A stretch of 64,000 nt of DNA from an uncultured Candidatus Saccharibacteria bacterium (GTDB lineage: Bacteria > Patescibacteriota > Minisyncoccia > Phycocordibacterales > UBA918), in assembly GCA_964350985.1 (NCBI GenBank), contig CAYGLK010000001.1, positions 158,636 through 222,635 on the forward strand. Reading direction: 5' to 3'. This document shows, piece after piece, positions 35,412 through 45,594 of the stretch. Position 1 is the first letter of the stretch; each line of letters begins with the position of its first letter. A program made the position numbers and the translations under genes. The notes under the pieces are model-generated. The model ran no database searches. It saw only the letters and a list, made by a program, of their open reading frames with translations, and was not told where the DNA came from.

Positions 35412-36485
35412 ATGAGTCGCATCTCCAAATACTTAAATAAAATACTAGCCTCAGTCTCTACTGATATTGCTATTGACCTAGGGACTGCAAATACTTTGGT
35501 TTATGTAAAAGGAAAAGGGATTGTTTTAAATGAACCTACTATTGTAGCGATCAATAAAAAAACCGGACAATTAGTAGCAGTTGGCCATGAAGCGAAGACA
35601 ATGCAAGGAAGAACCCCGCAGCATATTGAAGTAGTGCGCCCACTAGTAGACGGAGTGATTTCTGACTTTGAAGTTACAGAAGAAATGCTTGGTTATTTAA
35701 TTAATAAAGTTCATAGCGATATCCGAACTTTTATTGCACCAAGAATTCTAATTGGTGTACCTTCTGGTATTACAAATGTAGAAATGCGTGCCGCTAGAGA
35801 TGCTGCCAAGAATGCTGGAGCACGCGAAGTACTTTTGATTGAAGAACCAATGGCAGCTGCTATTGGAGCAAAGCTTCCTATTGGTAAGGCAGTCGGAAGC
35901 ATGATTATTGATATTGGTGGAGGCACTACTGATATTGCGGTAATTTCTCTAAGTGGACTGGTGGTTTCTAAGAACTTGCGTGTCGCTGGGGATCATCTAA
36001 GTGCTTCAATAACTTCATATGTCCGAGATCAGTTTAAGATTTATGTTGGTGAAAAGACGGCCGAGGAAGCGAAAATAAACTTAGCCAATGTTAGAGAGAC
36101 TAATGAAAGTGGAGAAATGGTTGTTCGTGGTAGAGACGTTATGACAGGACTTCCACGAGAAGTAATTATTACCGCTAGAGATATTCATGACGCTATCGAA
36201 AATCAAGTTGATATTATTGTTGAATCTGTGAAGTTGGTCTTAGAAAAAACACCACCAGAAGTTCTGGCTGATATAATGCAGAGAGGTATTCATCTCTCTG
36301 GTGGAGGAGCTCTTATTCCAGGCCTAGCTTCTTTCTTGGAAGAAGCTCTTGAAGTACCAGTGATCGTTGTGCCTGACCCACTGCGAGCAGTGATCCGAGG
36401 GGCTGGTATCGTAATTGAAAACCTAGAATTATATGAACAAGTACTCATCGACAACGAAGGCGAACTATCGCCACAACTCAACTAA
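35412..36485 (+). CDS. mreB: Rod shape-determining protein MreB (paralog 2)
   Basis: IAIDLGTANT, EEPMAAAIG, DIGGGTT; upstream of mreC. Confidence 0.95.
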   Translation: MSRISKYLNKILASVSTDIAIDLGTANTLVYVKGKGIVLNEPTIVAINKKTGQLVAVGHEAKTMQGRTPQHIEVVRPLVDGVISDFEVTEEMLGYLINKVHSDIRTFIAPRILIGVPSGITNVEMRAARDAAKNAGAREVLLIEEPMAAAIGAKLPIGKAVGSMIIDIGGGTTDIAVISLSGLVVSKNLRVAGDHLSASITSYVRDQFKIYVGEKTAEEAKINLANVRETNESGEMVVRGRDVMTGLPREVIITARDIHDAIENQVDIIVESVKLVLEKTPPEVLADIMQRGIHLSGGGALIPGLASFLEEALEVPVIVVPDPLRAVIRGAGIVIENLELYEQVLIDNEGELSPQLN

Positions 36486-37365
36486 GACCAAGTCAAAATC
36501 AAGGTGGTTAATTATATTGATTGGCTTGGTTATTCTGGGGCTTATTTTCCCGTGGTTTTTCCCTAAGATCTCAGCTGTAATTCTTTATCCCTTTCACGCT
36601 ACTTCTACATGGATAAAGACATCAGAAGGAGTATTTCCATTGTATTTAAGATCAAGAGGTGAGTTACTTCAGGAGGTTGAGGATATGCGAGTGCAGTTAT
36701 CGACTGGGGTTGGTACACAGCAATCAATTCAACGTCTGCTGGAAGAAAATATGAGCCTACGTTCTTTACTTAAGATGGGTAAGGATGAGGAGCGTCTTGT
36801 AGCTCGTGTATTGCAGAGACCAAATATCTTACCTTATGATTTATTACAGATTGATCAAGGTAGTCAAAATGGAGTTGTATTAGGAGCACCAGTTTATAGT
36901 GGAGTCGATTCACTAATCGGTATTGTGGTTAGTGTGGACACAACTTATTCTTTCGTTGATTTGTTTACTTCTCCTGGTTTTATTTCTACGGCCTATATCT
37001 TTGGCCCTGATGTTTTTGCACCTTTAGAGGGTGTTGGTGGTGGTGTAGCTAGGGTAAAACTGCCTCAAGGTGTACCGATTGAAGTTGGTCAGTTGGTTAT
37101 CTTACCTGGAGTCTCAAGTGCTATTTATGGTGAAATTATTGAAGTTCAAAATGAACCAACTCAACCAGAACAGTATGGATACATCACACCTCCGTTGGCG
37201 ATCAATAATTTACTATATGTATCAGTTGGAAGACAGTCAGTGACTGAAACCGATAATGTGATTATTGATGATGAGGTTAGAAAATCTTTGCGCCAAGAAA
37301 CTATTATTACAAACGCTTCAACAACCGCTGCAACGACAAGTACTACGACTGTACCTGAGAATTAA
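36433..37365 (+). CDS. mreC: Rod shape-determining protein MreC
   Basis: TM, coiled coil (EENMSLRSLL), IDQGSQNGV; synteny. Confidence 0.85.
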   Translation: MNKYSSTTKANYRHNSTKTKSKSRWLIILIGLVILGLIFPWFFPKISAVILYPFHATSTWIKTSEGVFPLYLRSRGELLQEVEDMRVQLSTGVGTQQSIQRLLEENMSLRSLLKMGKDEERLVARVLQRPNILPYDLLQIDQGSQNGVVLGAPVYSGVDSLIGIVVSVDTTYSFVDLFTSPGFISTAYIFGPDVFAPLEGVGGGVARVKLPQGVPIEVGQLVILPGVSSAIYGEIIEVQNEPTQPEQYGYITPPLAINNLLYVSVGRQSVTETDNVIIDDEVRKSLRQETIITNASTTAATTSTTTVPEN

Positions 37366-37366
37366 T

Positions 37367-37621
37367 ATGAACATGATTACTCGACTAATATTTATTTTAA
37401 TTATTATTTGGAGCTTAGTTGCAGGGTTTCTTTGGTTGAGCGCACCTTTGGTTATTTGGTATCTATTTAAATATGACGCCGTGGAGTTACTTTTTGTTGG
37501 GGTATTAATAGATGCTTATTATCAACTCTTCTACCAAGTGCCAATTTTTACCATAACTATGACCGGACTCTATCTTTTCTTTGATTTTATCAAGCCTCAA
37601 TTATTGATGTATACTGAATAG
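37367..37621 (+). CDS. Small membrane protein in the MreD position
   Basis: Hydrophobic 84 aa with G.L.D motif, between mreC and PBP2. Confidence 0.6.
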   Translation: MNMITRLIFILIIIWSLVAGFLWLSAPLVIWYLFKYDAVELLFVGVLIDAYYQLFYQVPIFTITMTGLYLFFDFIKPQLLMYTE

Positions 37622-39313
37622 ATGAAGTGGTTTTTCAAAAAGAAAAAAATCAACCTAGATCTTGAAGAAGTTTTGTTAGATTCTTCTAATATTCCTGCTT
37701 TTAATCAAGCTCGTCTAGAAGGAAAGCGGGAACTGCCAATCCTGCCAAGAACTGTTGGTTTTGTAGGTTTGGTGGCCATTATGTTTGGCTTGCTTTTCTT
37801 TGGTAAAATTTTTGACCTCCAGGTAACTCAAGGAGCTGAGTTTAAACAAATTGCTGAAAGAAATAGTGTCGATAAAGCACTTATCATTGCAGAACGAGGA
37901 GTTATTTATGATCGAAATGGAGAGTTGGTTGTCTGGAACGAAGTAGACCAGCGGGGGATTCATGACTTTCCGATTAGAGCTTACACCAACCGTCTAGGTC
38001 TAGGCCAAGTTTTAGGTTATGTAAGTTATCCAAAGACAGATAGTCGAGGTTTTTATTTTAGAACAGAGTACCTGGGTCGAAGTGGGGTGGAGCTAGCCTA
38101 TGACGATCAGCTCAGAGGCCAGAATGGTGGAAAGATTGTGGTGGTAGATGCGCTCTCTGATGTGGTCGGCGAACATGCTATTTCTGGCGCACTGCCAGGT
38201 AAGGCCATTAATTTATCCATTGATGCTGAGCTTTCTGAGGCGATGTATCAGATTATCTCTACTTCAACCACTCAAGCAAACTTTCGTAGCGGTGCCGGAG
38301 CGATTATGGATATCTACACGGGTGAATTGATAGCCATGACTAGTTTTCCTACTTATGACCCTGAAGTAATGGCTAATGGTTTTGATGTTGAGACTATTGA
38401 TTCATACAATAACGATGACAGGTTACCGTTTTTAAATAAGATGATCAGCGGCGCTTATACTCCTGGATCTGTAGTAAAGCCTTTTTTGGCTTATGCAGCT
38501 TTAGCTGAAGATGTTATTGATCCTAACAAAGAGATTGTCAGTACCGGCGAGATCATAGTTCCAAACCGTTTTAATCCAAGCAACCCAGCTCACTTTACGG
38601 ACTGGCGGGCACACGGAGTAATGACTATGCGTGAAGCTATCGCTTTTTCATCAAATGTCTATTTTTATATTATTGGTGGAGGTTTCGGTGATCAAAAAGG
38701 TCTAGGTATTACAAAAATGGCTGAGTACTACAGACTCTTTGGTTTAGGTACAACAACCGGCATTACTATCGCTCCTGAGCAAGCTGGAGTCGTGCCAGAC
38801 CCAGAATGGAAACAAGAAGTTTTCCAAGATGATTGGCGGCTCGGCGACACCTACTTCACTGCCATTGGACAGTTTGGTTTTCTAACAACTCCAATACAAA
38901 TGTTAAGAGCATATGCAGCACTGGCAAATGGAGGCATGCTTGTCGAGCCACATGTCATAAAAGACAAACAGGGAACTGTCAAAAATTTAGCTTTAGACAA
39001 ATCTTATCTAAAGATTGTTCACGAAGGAATGAGAAAGACAGTAAATTTTGATGGTGGTACAGCTAGAGCCTTTGATCGTAAAGATGTAGCTATAGCAGCT
39101 AAGTCTGGAACAGCCGAAGTTGGCGCCGGAAACGCCTATGTTAACTCTTGGGCAGCCGGATTTTTTCCATACGAAGAGCCTCGTTACGCTTTTATTTTGA
39201 TGATGGATAAAGCACCAAGAAGTAATGCACTTGGAGCTACTCGGATCATGGGAGATGTGGTGGAATGGATGTCAAAAAATCGTCCAGAATATTTAGGAAT
39301 AGAAATTGAGTAG
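37622..39313 (+). CDS. mrdA: Penicillin-binding protein 2
   Basis: RGVIYDRNG, PGSVVK, SSN, KSGTAE. Confidence 0.9.
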   Translation: MKWFFKKKKINLDLEEVLLDSSNIPAFNQARLEGKRELPILPRTVGFVGLVAIMFGLLFFGKIFDLQVTQGAEFKQIAERNSVDKALIIAERGVIYDRNGELVVWNEVDQRGIHDFPIRAYTNRLGLGQVLGYVSYPKTDSRGFYFRTEYLGRSGVELAYDDQLRGQNGGKIVVVDALSDVVGEHAISGALPGKAINLSIDAELSEAMYQIISTSTTQANFRSGAGAIMDIYTGELIAMTSFPTYDPEVMANGFDVETIDSYNNDDRLPFLNKMISGAYTPGSVVKPFLAYAALAEDVIDPNKEIVSTGEIIVPNRFNPSNPAHFTDWRAHGVMTMREAIAFSSNVYFYIIGGGFGDQKGLGITKMAEYYRLFGLGTTTGITIAPEQAGVVPDPEWKQEVFQDDWRLGDTYFTAIGQFGFLTTPIQMLRAYAALANGGMLVEPHVIKDKQGTVKNLALDKSYLKIVHEGMRKTVNFDGGTARAFDRKDVAIAAKSGTAEVGAGNAYVNSWAAGFFPYEEPRYAFILMMDKAPRSNALGATRIMGDVVEWMSKNRPEYLGIEIE

Positions 39314-39422
39314 TAGTTTTACCTGTTATTTACTAGATATTATATTTCTTAAAAAGCAATATATTTATCAAAATTTGACCTATGGTTTCAAGTGCGTATA
39401 ATTGGGTAAATTAAATTGTATT

Positions 39423-39893
39423 ATGAATGACACACAAGCTTTTTTAACCGCTGAAAAGTTCGAGGAATTAAAAAAAGAGCTCGACCACTTAAAAACAGTA
39501 AGACGAAAAGAAGTCGCTGAATCTTTAGAATACGCACGTAGTTTGGGAGACTTATCAGAAAATGCTGAATATCAAGAAGCTCGCGATATGCAGGCTGCTA
39601 TCGAAGAAAGAATTGGTTACCTAGAAAAGACAATCAAAGAAGCAAAGATTGTTGCTCACGAAAAGAAAGGAGGTGTAATTGGTTTAGGGTCAGTTGTAAC
39701 AATAGAAAAGGATAAGGAAAAAGGTGGAAGAGTTTACACTATTGTTGGTTCAGACGAAGCTAATATTCACGAAAAGAAGCTTTCATATCTTTCACCGCTT
39801 GGAGAAGCTTTAATGGGAAAGAGTAAGGGAGATGATTTTAATTTTGAGACGCCAGCAGGGAAGCAGAAATATAAAGTATTAAAGGTCGAGTAG
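39423..39893 (+). CDS. greA: Transcription elongation factor GreA
   Basis: GDLSENAEY, SPLGEAL. Confidence 0.96.
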   Translation: MNDTQAFLTAEKFEELKKELDHLKTVRRKEVAESLEYARSLGDLSENAEYQEARDMQAAIEERIGYLEKTIKEAKIVAHEKKGGVIGLGSVVTIEKDKEKGGRVYTIVGSDEANIHEKKLSYLSPLGEALMGKSKGDDFNFETPAGKQKYKVLKVE

Positions 39894-40018
39894 TTTAAAC
39901 TATTCAAAATTCCCATCTACTTTGTTGCGTTCGTCGCTCACAAATTCACTGTACACTTGTACACCTCATGTGTTTGCTCCTCCGCGCCGCGTAGCTGGAA
40001 ATTTTTAATTAGTTTAAA
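39894..40018. repeat. REP/MITE-like long imperfect palindrome
   Basis: tttaaactattcaaaattccca ... tggaaatttttaattagtttaaa ends with a central tgtaca/tgtaca. Confidence 0.6.
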
Positions 40019-40055
40019 TAACTTGCGAATCGTAAAATTCTTTGTTGCACCAAGA

Positions 40056-40087
40056 AAAAGACCGGCGCCTTACGGCGCCGGTCTTTT
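40056..40087. terminator. Intrinsic terminator
   Basis: aaaagaccggcgcc/ggcgccggtctttt. Confidence 0.85.
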
Positions 40088-40124
40088 GCGTTTCGATCAT
40101 TAACACGCTATCATTGAGCTACTT

Positions 40125-42011
40125 ATGTCAGGATTAGATGAAGTGCGCGCAGAGCGCCTCAAAAAACTAGAATTACTAAAATCAAAAGGAATTAACCCTT
40201 ATCCAGGAAAGGTAAATCGCACACACGAAATCAGTCAATTATTGGCTGACTTTAGTAAGATTGAAGCCAATAAAGAAATCGTTACTATTGCGGGAAGAGT
40301 TATGGTTGTTCGAGGTCAAGGAGCAATCATGTTTGTAGTGCTTCAGGACGCCTCAGGTAAGCTCCAAGCAGTTTTTAAGGAAGATGGTATCGATGCTGAG
40401 CTATTCCAACTTTTTAAGGATGTGGTTGATGGTGGGGACTTTATCGAAGTAACCGGAAGTCTCTTTGTTACCCAAAGAGGAGAGAATTCTGTCTTAGTAG
40501 AATCATGGCGCATGATCACAAAGAGTATTTTACCTTTACCTGACAAATACCATGGTCTGCAAAACGAAGAAGAACGTTTTCGTAAGCGTTACCTAGATCT
40601 TCTTGGGCGAGACGAATTAAGAGAGATGTTCAAACGAAAAGAAAAGTTCTGGGATGTTACTCGGTCGTTCTTGAAGGATCAGGGCTTTACTGAAGTTGAA
40701 ACACCAACTCTAGAGATAACTACTGGCGGAGCTGAAGCTAGACCTTTTGCAACCCATCACAATGACTTCGATCTTGAGGTCTATCTCCGGATCTCTATCG
40801 GTGAACTTTGGCAGAAGAGACTACTGGCTGCTGGTTTTGAAAAAATATTCGAAATAGGACGAGCTTACCGAAATGAAGGCAGTAGTCCAAACCATCTACA
40901 AGAATTTACGAACCTAGAATTCTATCAAGCTTTTGCTGATTACGAAGATGGTATGAGGTTAGTTGAAAGCCTGTATCGGACAGTAGCCGAAGAGGTTTAC
41001 GGTACAACTAAATTCACTAGAGGGGAGCATACTTTTGATCTAGCAGATGACTGGGTACGAGTTGACTATGCTGGTGAAATCAAAAAACAAACTGGAGTAG
41101 ATATTACTACTGCCACTGAAGCAGAAATAAAAGAGAAGCTCAATACACTAAATGTAAAATACGATGGCGAAAATCTAGAAAGATTAACTGACTCTTTGTG
41201 GAAGTATTGTCGAAAGAATATTTCTGGACCAGCTTTCTTAATTAATCATCCAAAGTTAGTTTCACCACTAGCTAAAGCAGTCGTCGGTAATGAAACAGCC
41301 ACGCAACGTTTCCAACCGATCATTGCCGGAACAGAAGTAGGGAATGGGTACTCAGAGCTGAATGACCCAATAGATCAGCGGGCACGGTTTGAAGAACAAC
41401 AAACTCTGATTGATCGAGGTGACGCTGAAGCGATGATGCCTGACTTCGAATTTGTTGAGATGCTTGAGCATGGAATGCCGCCGGCATGTGGGTTTGGTTT
41501 CGGTGAAAGACTCTTCTGTATCTTTGAAGATAAGCCAATTCGCGAGACACAATTTTTCCCGTTGATGAAGCCAAAGGAATCAGAATCAGCTTTGTTAAAC
41601 AAGGAAAAAGAAGTTGCTGTAGTGATAATTGACACTAGTAAGTTAACAGAATCCTGGCAAATATTAAATACAGTGGCTCATCTTTCTGCATCTTTTGCAG
41701 CTCGCGATGGTAAAAAACTTTTTTTCACAGATAGCGCTAAAACAAGTGACGGAAAAAATGTTCCAATGAATATTCAACATGCAATTATGATAAAAAAAGG
41801 AGTTGGATTATCTTTAAATATTTCCGATTTACCAGCGAACTGTGATTTTTTCCCATTTACTCGTGAAATGATCGAAACAACAAATGATAAAAAAATTATC
41901 ATTTCTTTGAAAGAAAAAAAATCTGCTGATGTTGAGTTACTGGGAGTGTTAATCTTTGGACCACGAAGTGTAGTAGAGAATTATACAAAAGATTACGAAC
42001 TATATTCTTAA
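40125..42011 (+). CDS. lysS: Lysine--tRNA ligase (class II) with C-terminal DUF2000/PTH2-like extension
   Basis: RKRYLDL, GGAEARPF, YRNEG, GMPPACGFGFG; an extra ~140 aa follows FPLMKP. Confidence 0.93.
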   Translation: MSGLDEVRAERLKKLELLKSKGINPYPGKVNRTHEISQLLADFSKIEANKEIVTIAGRVMVVRGQGAIMFVVLQDASGKLQAVFKEDGIDAELFQLFKDVVDGGDFIEVTGSLFVTQRGENSVLVESWRMITKSILPLPDKYHGLQNEEERFRKRYLDLLGRDELREMFKRKEKFWDVTRSFLKDQGFTEVETPTLEITTGGAEARPFATHHNDFDLEVYLRISIGELWQKRLLAAGFEKIFEIGRAYRNEGSSPNHLQEFTNLEFYQAFADYEDGMRLVESLYRTVAEEVYGTTKFTRGEHTFDLADDWVRVDYAGEIKKQTGVDITTATEAEIKEKLNTLNVKYDGENLERLTDSLWKYCRKNISGPAFLINHPKLVSPLAKAVVGNETATQRFQPIIAGTEVGNGYSELNDPIDQRARFEEQQTLIDRGDAEAMMPDFEFVEMLEHGMPPACGFGFGERLFCIFEDKPIRETQFFPLMKPKESESALLNKEKEVAVVIIDTSKLTESWQILNTVAHLSASFAARDGKKLFFTDSAKTSDGKNVPMNIQHAIMIKKGVGLSLNISDLPANCDFFPFTREMIETTNDKKIIISLKEKKSADVELLGVLIFGPRSVVENYTKDYELYS

Positions 42012-42024
42012 TTAATCATTACTT

Positions 42025-42067
42025 AAAAAACAGCCGGATTTTCTTTCAGAAAATCCGGCTGTTTTTT
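42025..42067. terminator. Intrinsic terminator
   Basis: aaaaaacagccggatttt/aaaatccggctgtttttt. Confidence 0.85.
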
Positions 42068-42089
42068 ATTTTCCAAAATATATTGCTAC

Positions 42090-42112
42090 TTATACACAGA
42101 AAGTGTGAATAA
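42090..42112. promoter_or_regulatory. Pair of inverted DnaA boxes upstream of mraZ
   Basis: TTATACACA 42090-42098 and TGTGAATAA 42104-42112, both matching TTWTNCACA. Confidence 0.55.
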
Positions 42113-42122
42113 GTGATTGCTT

Positions 42123-42168
42123 GTGGGTTGAAGTGGTATACAATGTAGGAGTGGTGGGAGATAGTGGA
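42123..42168 (+). promoter_or_regulatory. MraZ-binding GTGG direct repeats
   Basis: GTGG/GTAG at 42123, 42133, 42144, 42154 and 42164 (~10-bp period) before mraZ. Confidence 0.75.
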
Positions 42169-42201
42169 ATAAACGGCGCAAGTCGTATAGACTAGTCGAA
42201 T

Positions 42202-42636
42202 ATGTTAATAGGTGAATACAAACATACGTTGGATCCCAAAAAACGGCTGTCCTTGCCGTCTAGATGGCGCAAGGAACTTGGGAAAAAGCTTGTAGTCACC
42301 CGTGGACTCGACAACTGTCTCTTTGTATATCCGCTCCGGGAGTGGCAGAAGATCACTGAAAAAATTGGTCAACTGCCGCTCGGACAGGCGGATACAAGAA
42401 GTTTCAATCGATTCTTCTTATCAGGAGCTGTGGAAGTGGAGGTAGATTCAGTTGGACGTATTCTCGTGCCAGACTTTTTGAAAGACTTTGCAACCTTGAG
42501 TACCGGAGTGGTACTTGCAGGAATCCATAGTCGGATCGAAATTTGGGATGAGAACAAATGGACAGAGTATAAACGCAAAATCGAATCACAAGCTGATGCA
42601 CTCGCAGAGAAGCTTGGAGAAATTGGCGTCCTTTAA
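42202..42636 (+). CDS. mraZ: Division/cell wall cluster regulator MraZ
   Basis: GEYKHTLDPKKRL, DSVGRILVP. Confidence 0.96.
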   Translation: MLIGEYKHTLDPKKRLSLPSRWRKELGKKLVVTRGLDNCLFVYPLREWQKITEKIGQLPLGQADTRSFNRFFLSGAVEVEVDSVGRILVPDFLKDFATLSTGVVLAGIHSRIEIWDENKWTEYKRKIESQADALAEKLGEIGVL

Positions 42637-42648
42637 CTCATCTACACC

Positions 42649-43548
42649 ATGAAGCACATCACAGTACTACAGCAAGAAGCGGTAGAGTCTCTATCACTTA
42701 AATCAAACAGTGTCATCGTTGACGCTACGTATGGTGCTGGTGGTCACGCAAAACTAATTTGCGAAGAGTTAGGGAAGAAGGGAGTTTATGTCGGCATAGA
42801 TGCTGATAAGCAAGCATTTGCAGAAAATTCTTTGTCAGAAATAAAAAATGGACCGACGGTTCATTTAGTTAATGACAATTTTGCAAATTTATCGAACATA
42901 TTAAGTTCTTTGAATATTAAAGAAGTAGACGGGATTCTGGCTGACCTTGGTTGGCGTACTGATCAATTCACTGATGGAGGAAAAGGTTTCTCTTTCAATG
43001 CTGATGAGTCGCTACTGATGACTTATGGTAACCCAGAAGACTATATTTTCACTGCCCTAGATATTGTAAATTCTTGGGACGAAGAAAATATAGCTGACAT
43101 CATCTACGGCTACGCTGAAGAGCGTCACTCAAGAAGAATTGCAAAGAGTATCGTTGAGGCTCGCAAGAAAATTGAGATAAAGACATCAAGCCAGTTAGCC
43201 AAGATAATCAATGACTCAGTACCAGGGTTTTATAGGGCAGGGAAGATCCATCCTGCTACAAAAACTTTTCAGGCTCTACGGATTGCGGTTAACGACGAAT
43301 TCGGAGTACTAGAAAAATTCATCAATCAAGCTTTGGATTCATTGAAAGATAATGGCGTCCTATCAATCATTAGCTTCCATAGCCTAGAAGACAGAATCAT
43401 TAAGCTACGTTTTAGAGAAGCGGCTAAGAGTGAAGATTTTATTTTAATCAACAAGAAGCCGATTGTAGCCAGTAGAGAAGAGCTAGTAGAGAACCCAAGA
43501 GCTAGAAGCGCAAAGTTAAGAACAATTATGAAGATAGCCTCCACTTAA
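42649..43548 (+). CDS. rsmH: 16S rRNA m4C1402 methyltransferase
   Basis: HITVL, DATYGAGGH, FQALRIAVN, FHSLEDR, NPRARSAKLR. Confidence 0.96.
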   Translation: MKHITVLQQEAVESLSLKSNSVIVDATYGAGGHAKLICEELGKKGVYVGIDADKQAFAENSLSEIKNGPTVHLVNDNFANLSNILSSLNIKEVDGILADLGWRTDQFTDGGKGFSFNADESLLMTYGNPEDYIFTALDIVNSWDEENIADIIYGYAEERHSRRIAKSIVEARKKIEIKTSSQLAKIINDSVPGFYRAGKIHPATKTFQALRIAVNDEFGVLEKFINQALDSLKDNGVLSIISFHSLEDRIIKLRFREAAKSEDFILINKKPIVASREELVENPRARSAKLRTIMKIAST

Positions 43549-43551
43549 TTC

Positions 43552-43866
43552 ATGAAAATATCATTTACACATAAACAAAATAATCACTTAATTACATCAG
43601 TCTGTATCGCTTTCTTTATTGTAAGTGTCATAGCTTATATGTATTTTTTAAGTCTTTCGGTTGTTCATGTGGTAATGCGTAAAGAAGCTGATCAAAAAAT
43701 CAGTCTAATGCGCTCAGAAATCTCAAACCTAGAATCTTCATACATCGAAGCAAAACACCAAATAAGTGCTAAGGTTGCTAGTTTAGATGGATACAAGAAT
43801 AATCAAGAAAAAATATTTATCAGTCGTGTTGAGCCGAGTTTGGTACTTCGGACTCCAAATTTTTAG
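43552..43866 (+). CDS. FtsL-like protein
   Basis: Single TM plus coiled coil, between rsmH and the PBP gene. Confidence 0.6.
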   Translation: MKISFTHKQNNHLITSVCIAFFIVSVIAYMYFLSLSVVHVVMRKEADQKISLMRSEISNLESSYIEAKHQISAKVASLDGYKNNQEKIFISRVEPSLVLRTPNF

Positions 43867-43872
43867 TACTCC

Positions 43873-45591
43873 ATGAGAAAACAAATGGTTCTTCGGATAC
43901 GTATCATAACCGGCGCCATTTTGCTTTTGGTAATTTTGTTGATTGGTAGACTTTACCAAGTTCAGGTAATGAACAATGACCACTATACTGATTTGGCTGA
44001 AAGTCAGTATGTTTATACTAAACAAGATCTTTATTCCAGAGGTTCTATTTTTTTTACAACTAAAGAAGGAGAGAAGGTGTCAGCGGCCTCTATCCGGTCT
44101 GGTTTTGTTTTAGCTTTAAATCCAAAACTAATTAAAGACGCTAATAGTCTTTGTGAGCAGATCATTCCACATTTAGATATAAGCCAAGAAAAATGTATCG
44201 ACAGAGCGAGTTTAAGCGAAAGAACCTATGTTGAAGTCGCTACCACTCTATCTAAAGAGGCATCTGACGAAATAGATAAACTAGACTTAGATGGCGTTAG
44301 TTTGTATCGCAATCAATGGCGCTATTATCCTGGCGACAGTATGTCAGCTAGAAGTATTGGTTTTGTCGGCTATACGGACAAATCTGACAATGAACTTTAT
44401 GGAAAGTACGGCTTAGAAAGGTATTACGACTCAGTCCTAGTCAAAGAAAAAGAAGAAAGATCGGTTAACTTTTTTGCTGAGATTTTTAGTAATCTAGGTG
44501 ATTTGGTTTACCGCAAAGATAAGACATCACAAGGAGACATCATCACAACCATGGAACCGACAGTGGCGCGAATGTTGGACTCGGTCTTACTTGAGACAAA
44601 TGATAAATACGATTCAAAATTAACTGGCGCGATTATTATGAATCCGCAAAATGGGGAGATCTACGCCATGAATGCTGTCCCAGGATTTGATTTAAATGAT
44701 CGTGGCACTAGTACAGTAGAGCACTTTCAGAATCCAATGGTTGAAAACGTTTATGAGTTTGGTTCGACTATTAAGGCACTGACAGTGGCTGCTGGGCTAG
44801 ATAGTGGAGCTATCACTGCCAGATCAACTTACTACGACGCTGGTTTTATTACCTTAGATAAATTTACTATCAAGAACTATGATGGTCGGGGAAGAGGTAC
44901 AGTAGAAATGCAAGAGATCTTAAACCAATCTCTTAATACGGGAGTTTCTCATATTGTCCAAAAAATGGGCAAGGAAAAATTCCGTGATTATTTTCTTAAT
45001 TTAAAATTAGGGAGTGAAACTGGTATTGATTTACCAAACGAAGCTTATGGTCTAGTTGATAACCTTCAGTCTCCACGGGATGTTGAGTACGCCACTGCCT
45101 CTTTCGGACAGGGAATTGCCTTTACGCCAATCGCTGCAACTAGAGCATTGGCCACCTTAGGTAACGGGGGTTATTTAGTGACTCCACACTTAGTTAAAAA
45201 GATTGAGTATCAAGATGGAACTAGTAGGGATGTGTTGTATCCTAAAGGTAGTCAGGTATTTTCTGAAGAGACTAGTGAAGAAATATCGCGCATGTTAGTT
45301 GAGGTGGTGGACGACGCCCTAGGTGGTGGTAAGTTTGCTTTACCAAACCATACTATCGGAGCTAAGACAGGAACTGCTCAAATCTCTGACTCAGTCGGAG
45401 GAGGGTACTATGAAGATAAGTTCTTGCACTCATTTTTTGGCTATTTTCCTGCCTTTAATCCACAATTTATCGTCTTCATGTATACTGTAGAGCCACAGGG
45501 GGTAAAATATGCGTCAGAGACTTTAAGTGAGCCGTTTATGGATATTACTCGTTTCTTGATCAATTATTACTCAGTACCACCTGATAGATAA
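43873..45591 (+). CDS. ftsI: Class B penicillin-binding protein (FtsI-like)
   Basis: YEFGSTIK, SLN, KTGTAQ; dcw position. Confidence 0.88.
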   Translation: MRKQMVLRIRIITGAILLLVILLIGRLYQVQVMNNDHYTDLAESQYVYTKQDLYSRGSIFFTTKEGEKVSAASIRSGFVLALNPKLIKDANSLCEQIIPHLDISQEKCIDRASLSERTYVEVATTLSKEASDEIDKLDLDGVSLYRNQWRYYPGDSMSARSIGFVGYTDKSDNELYGKYGLERYYDSVLVKEKEERSVNFFAEIFSNLGDLVYRKDKTSQGDIITTMEPTVARMLDSVLLETNDKYDSKLTGAIIMNPQNGEIYAMNAVPGFDLNDRGTSTVEHFQNPMVENVYEFGSTIKALTVAAGLDSGAITARSTYYDAGFITLDKFTIKNYDGRGRGTVEMQEILNQSLNTGVSHIVQKMGKEKFRDYFLNLKLGSETGIDLPNEAYGLVDNLQSPRDVEYATASFGQGIAFTPIAATRALATLGNGGYLVTPHLVKKIEYQDGTSRDVLYPKGSQVFSEETSEEISRMLVEVVDDALGGGKFALPNHTIGAKTGTAQISDSVGGGYYEDKFLHSFFGYFPAFNPQFIVFMYTVEPQGVKYASETLSEPFMDITRFLINYYSVPPDR

Positions 45592-45594
45592 AAT

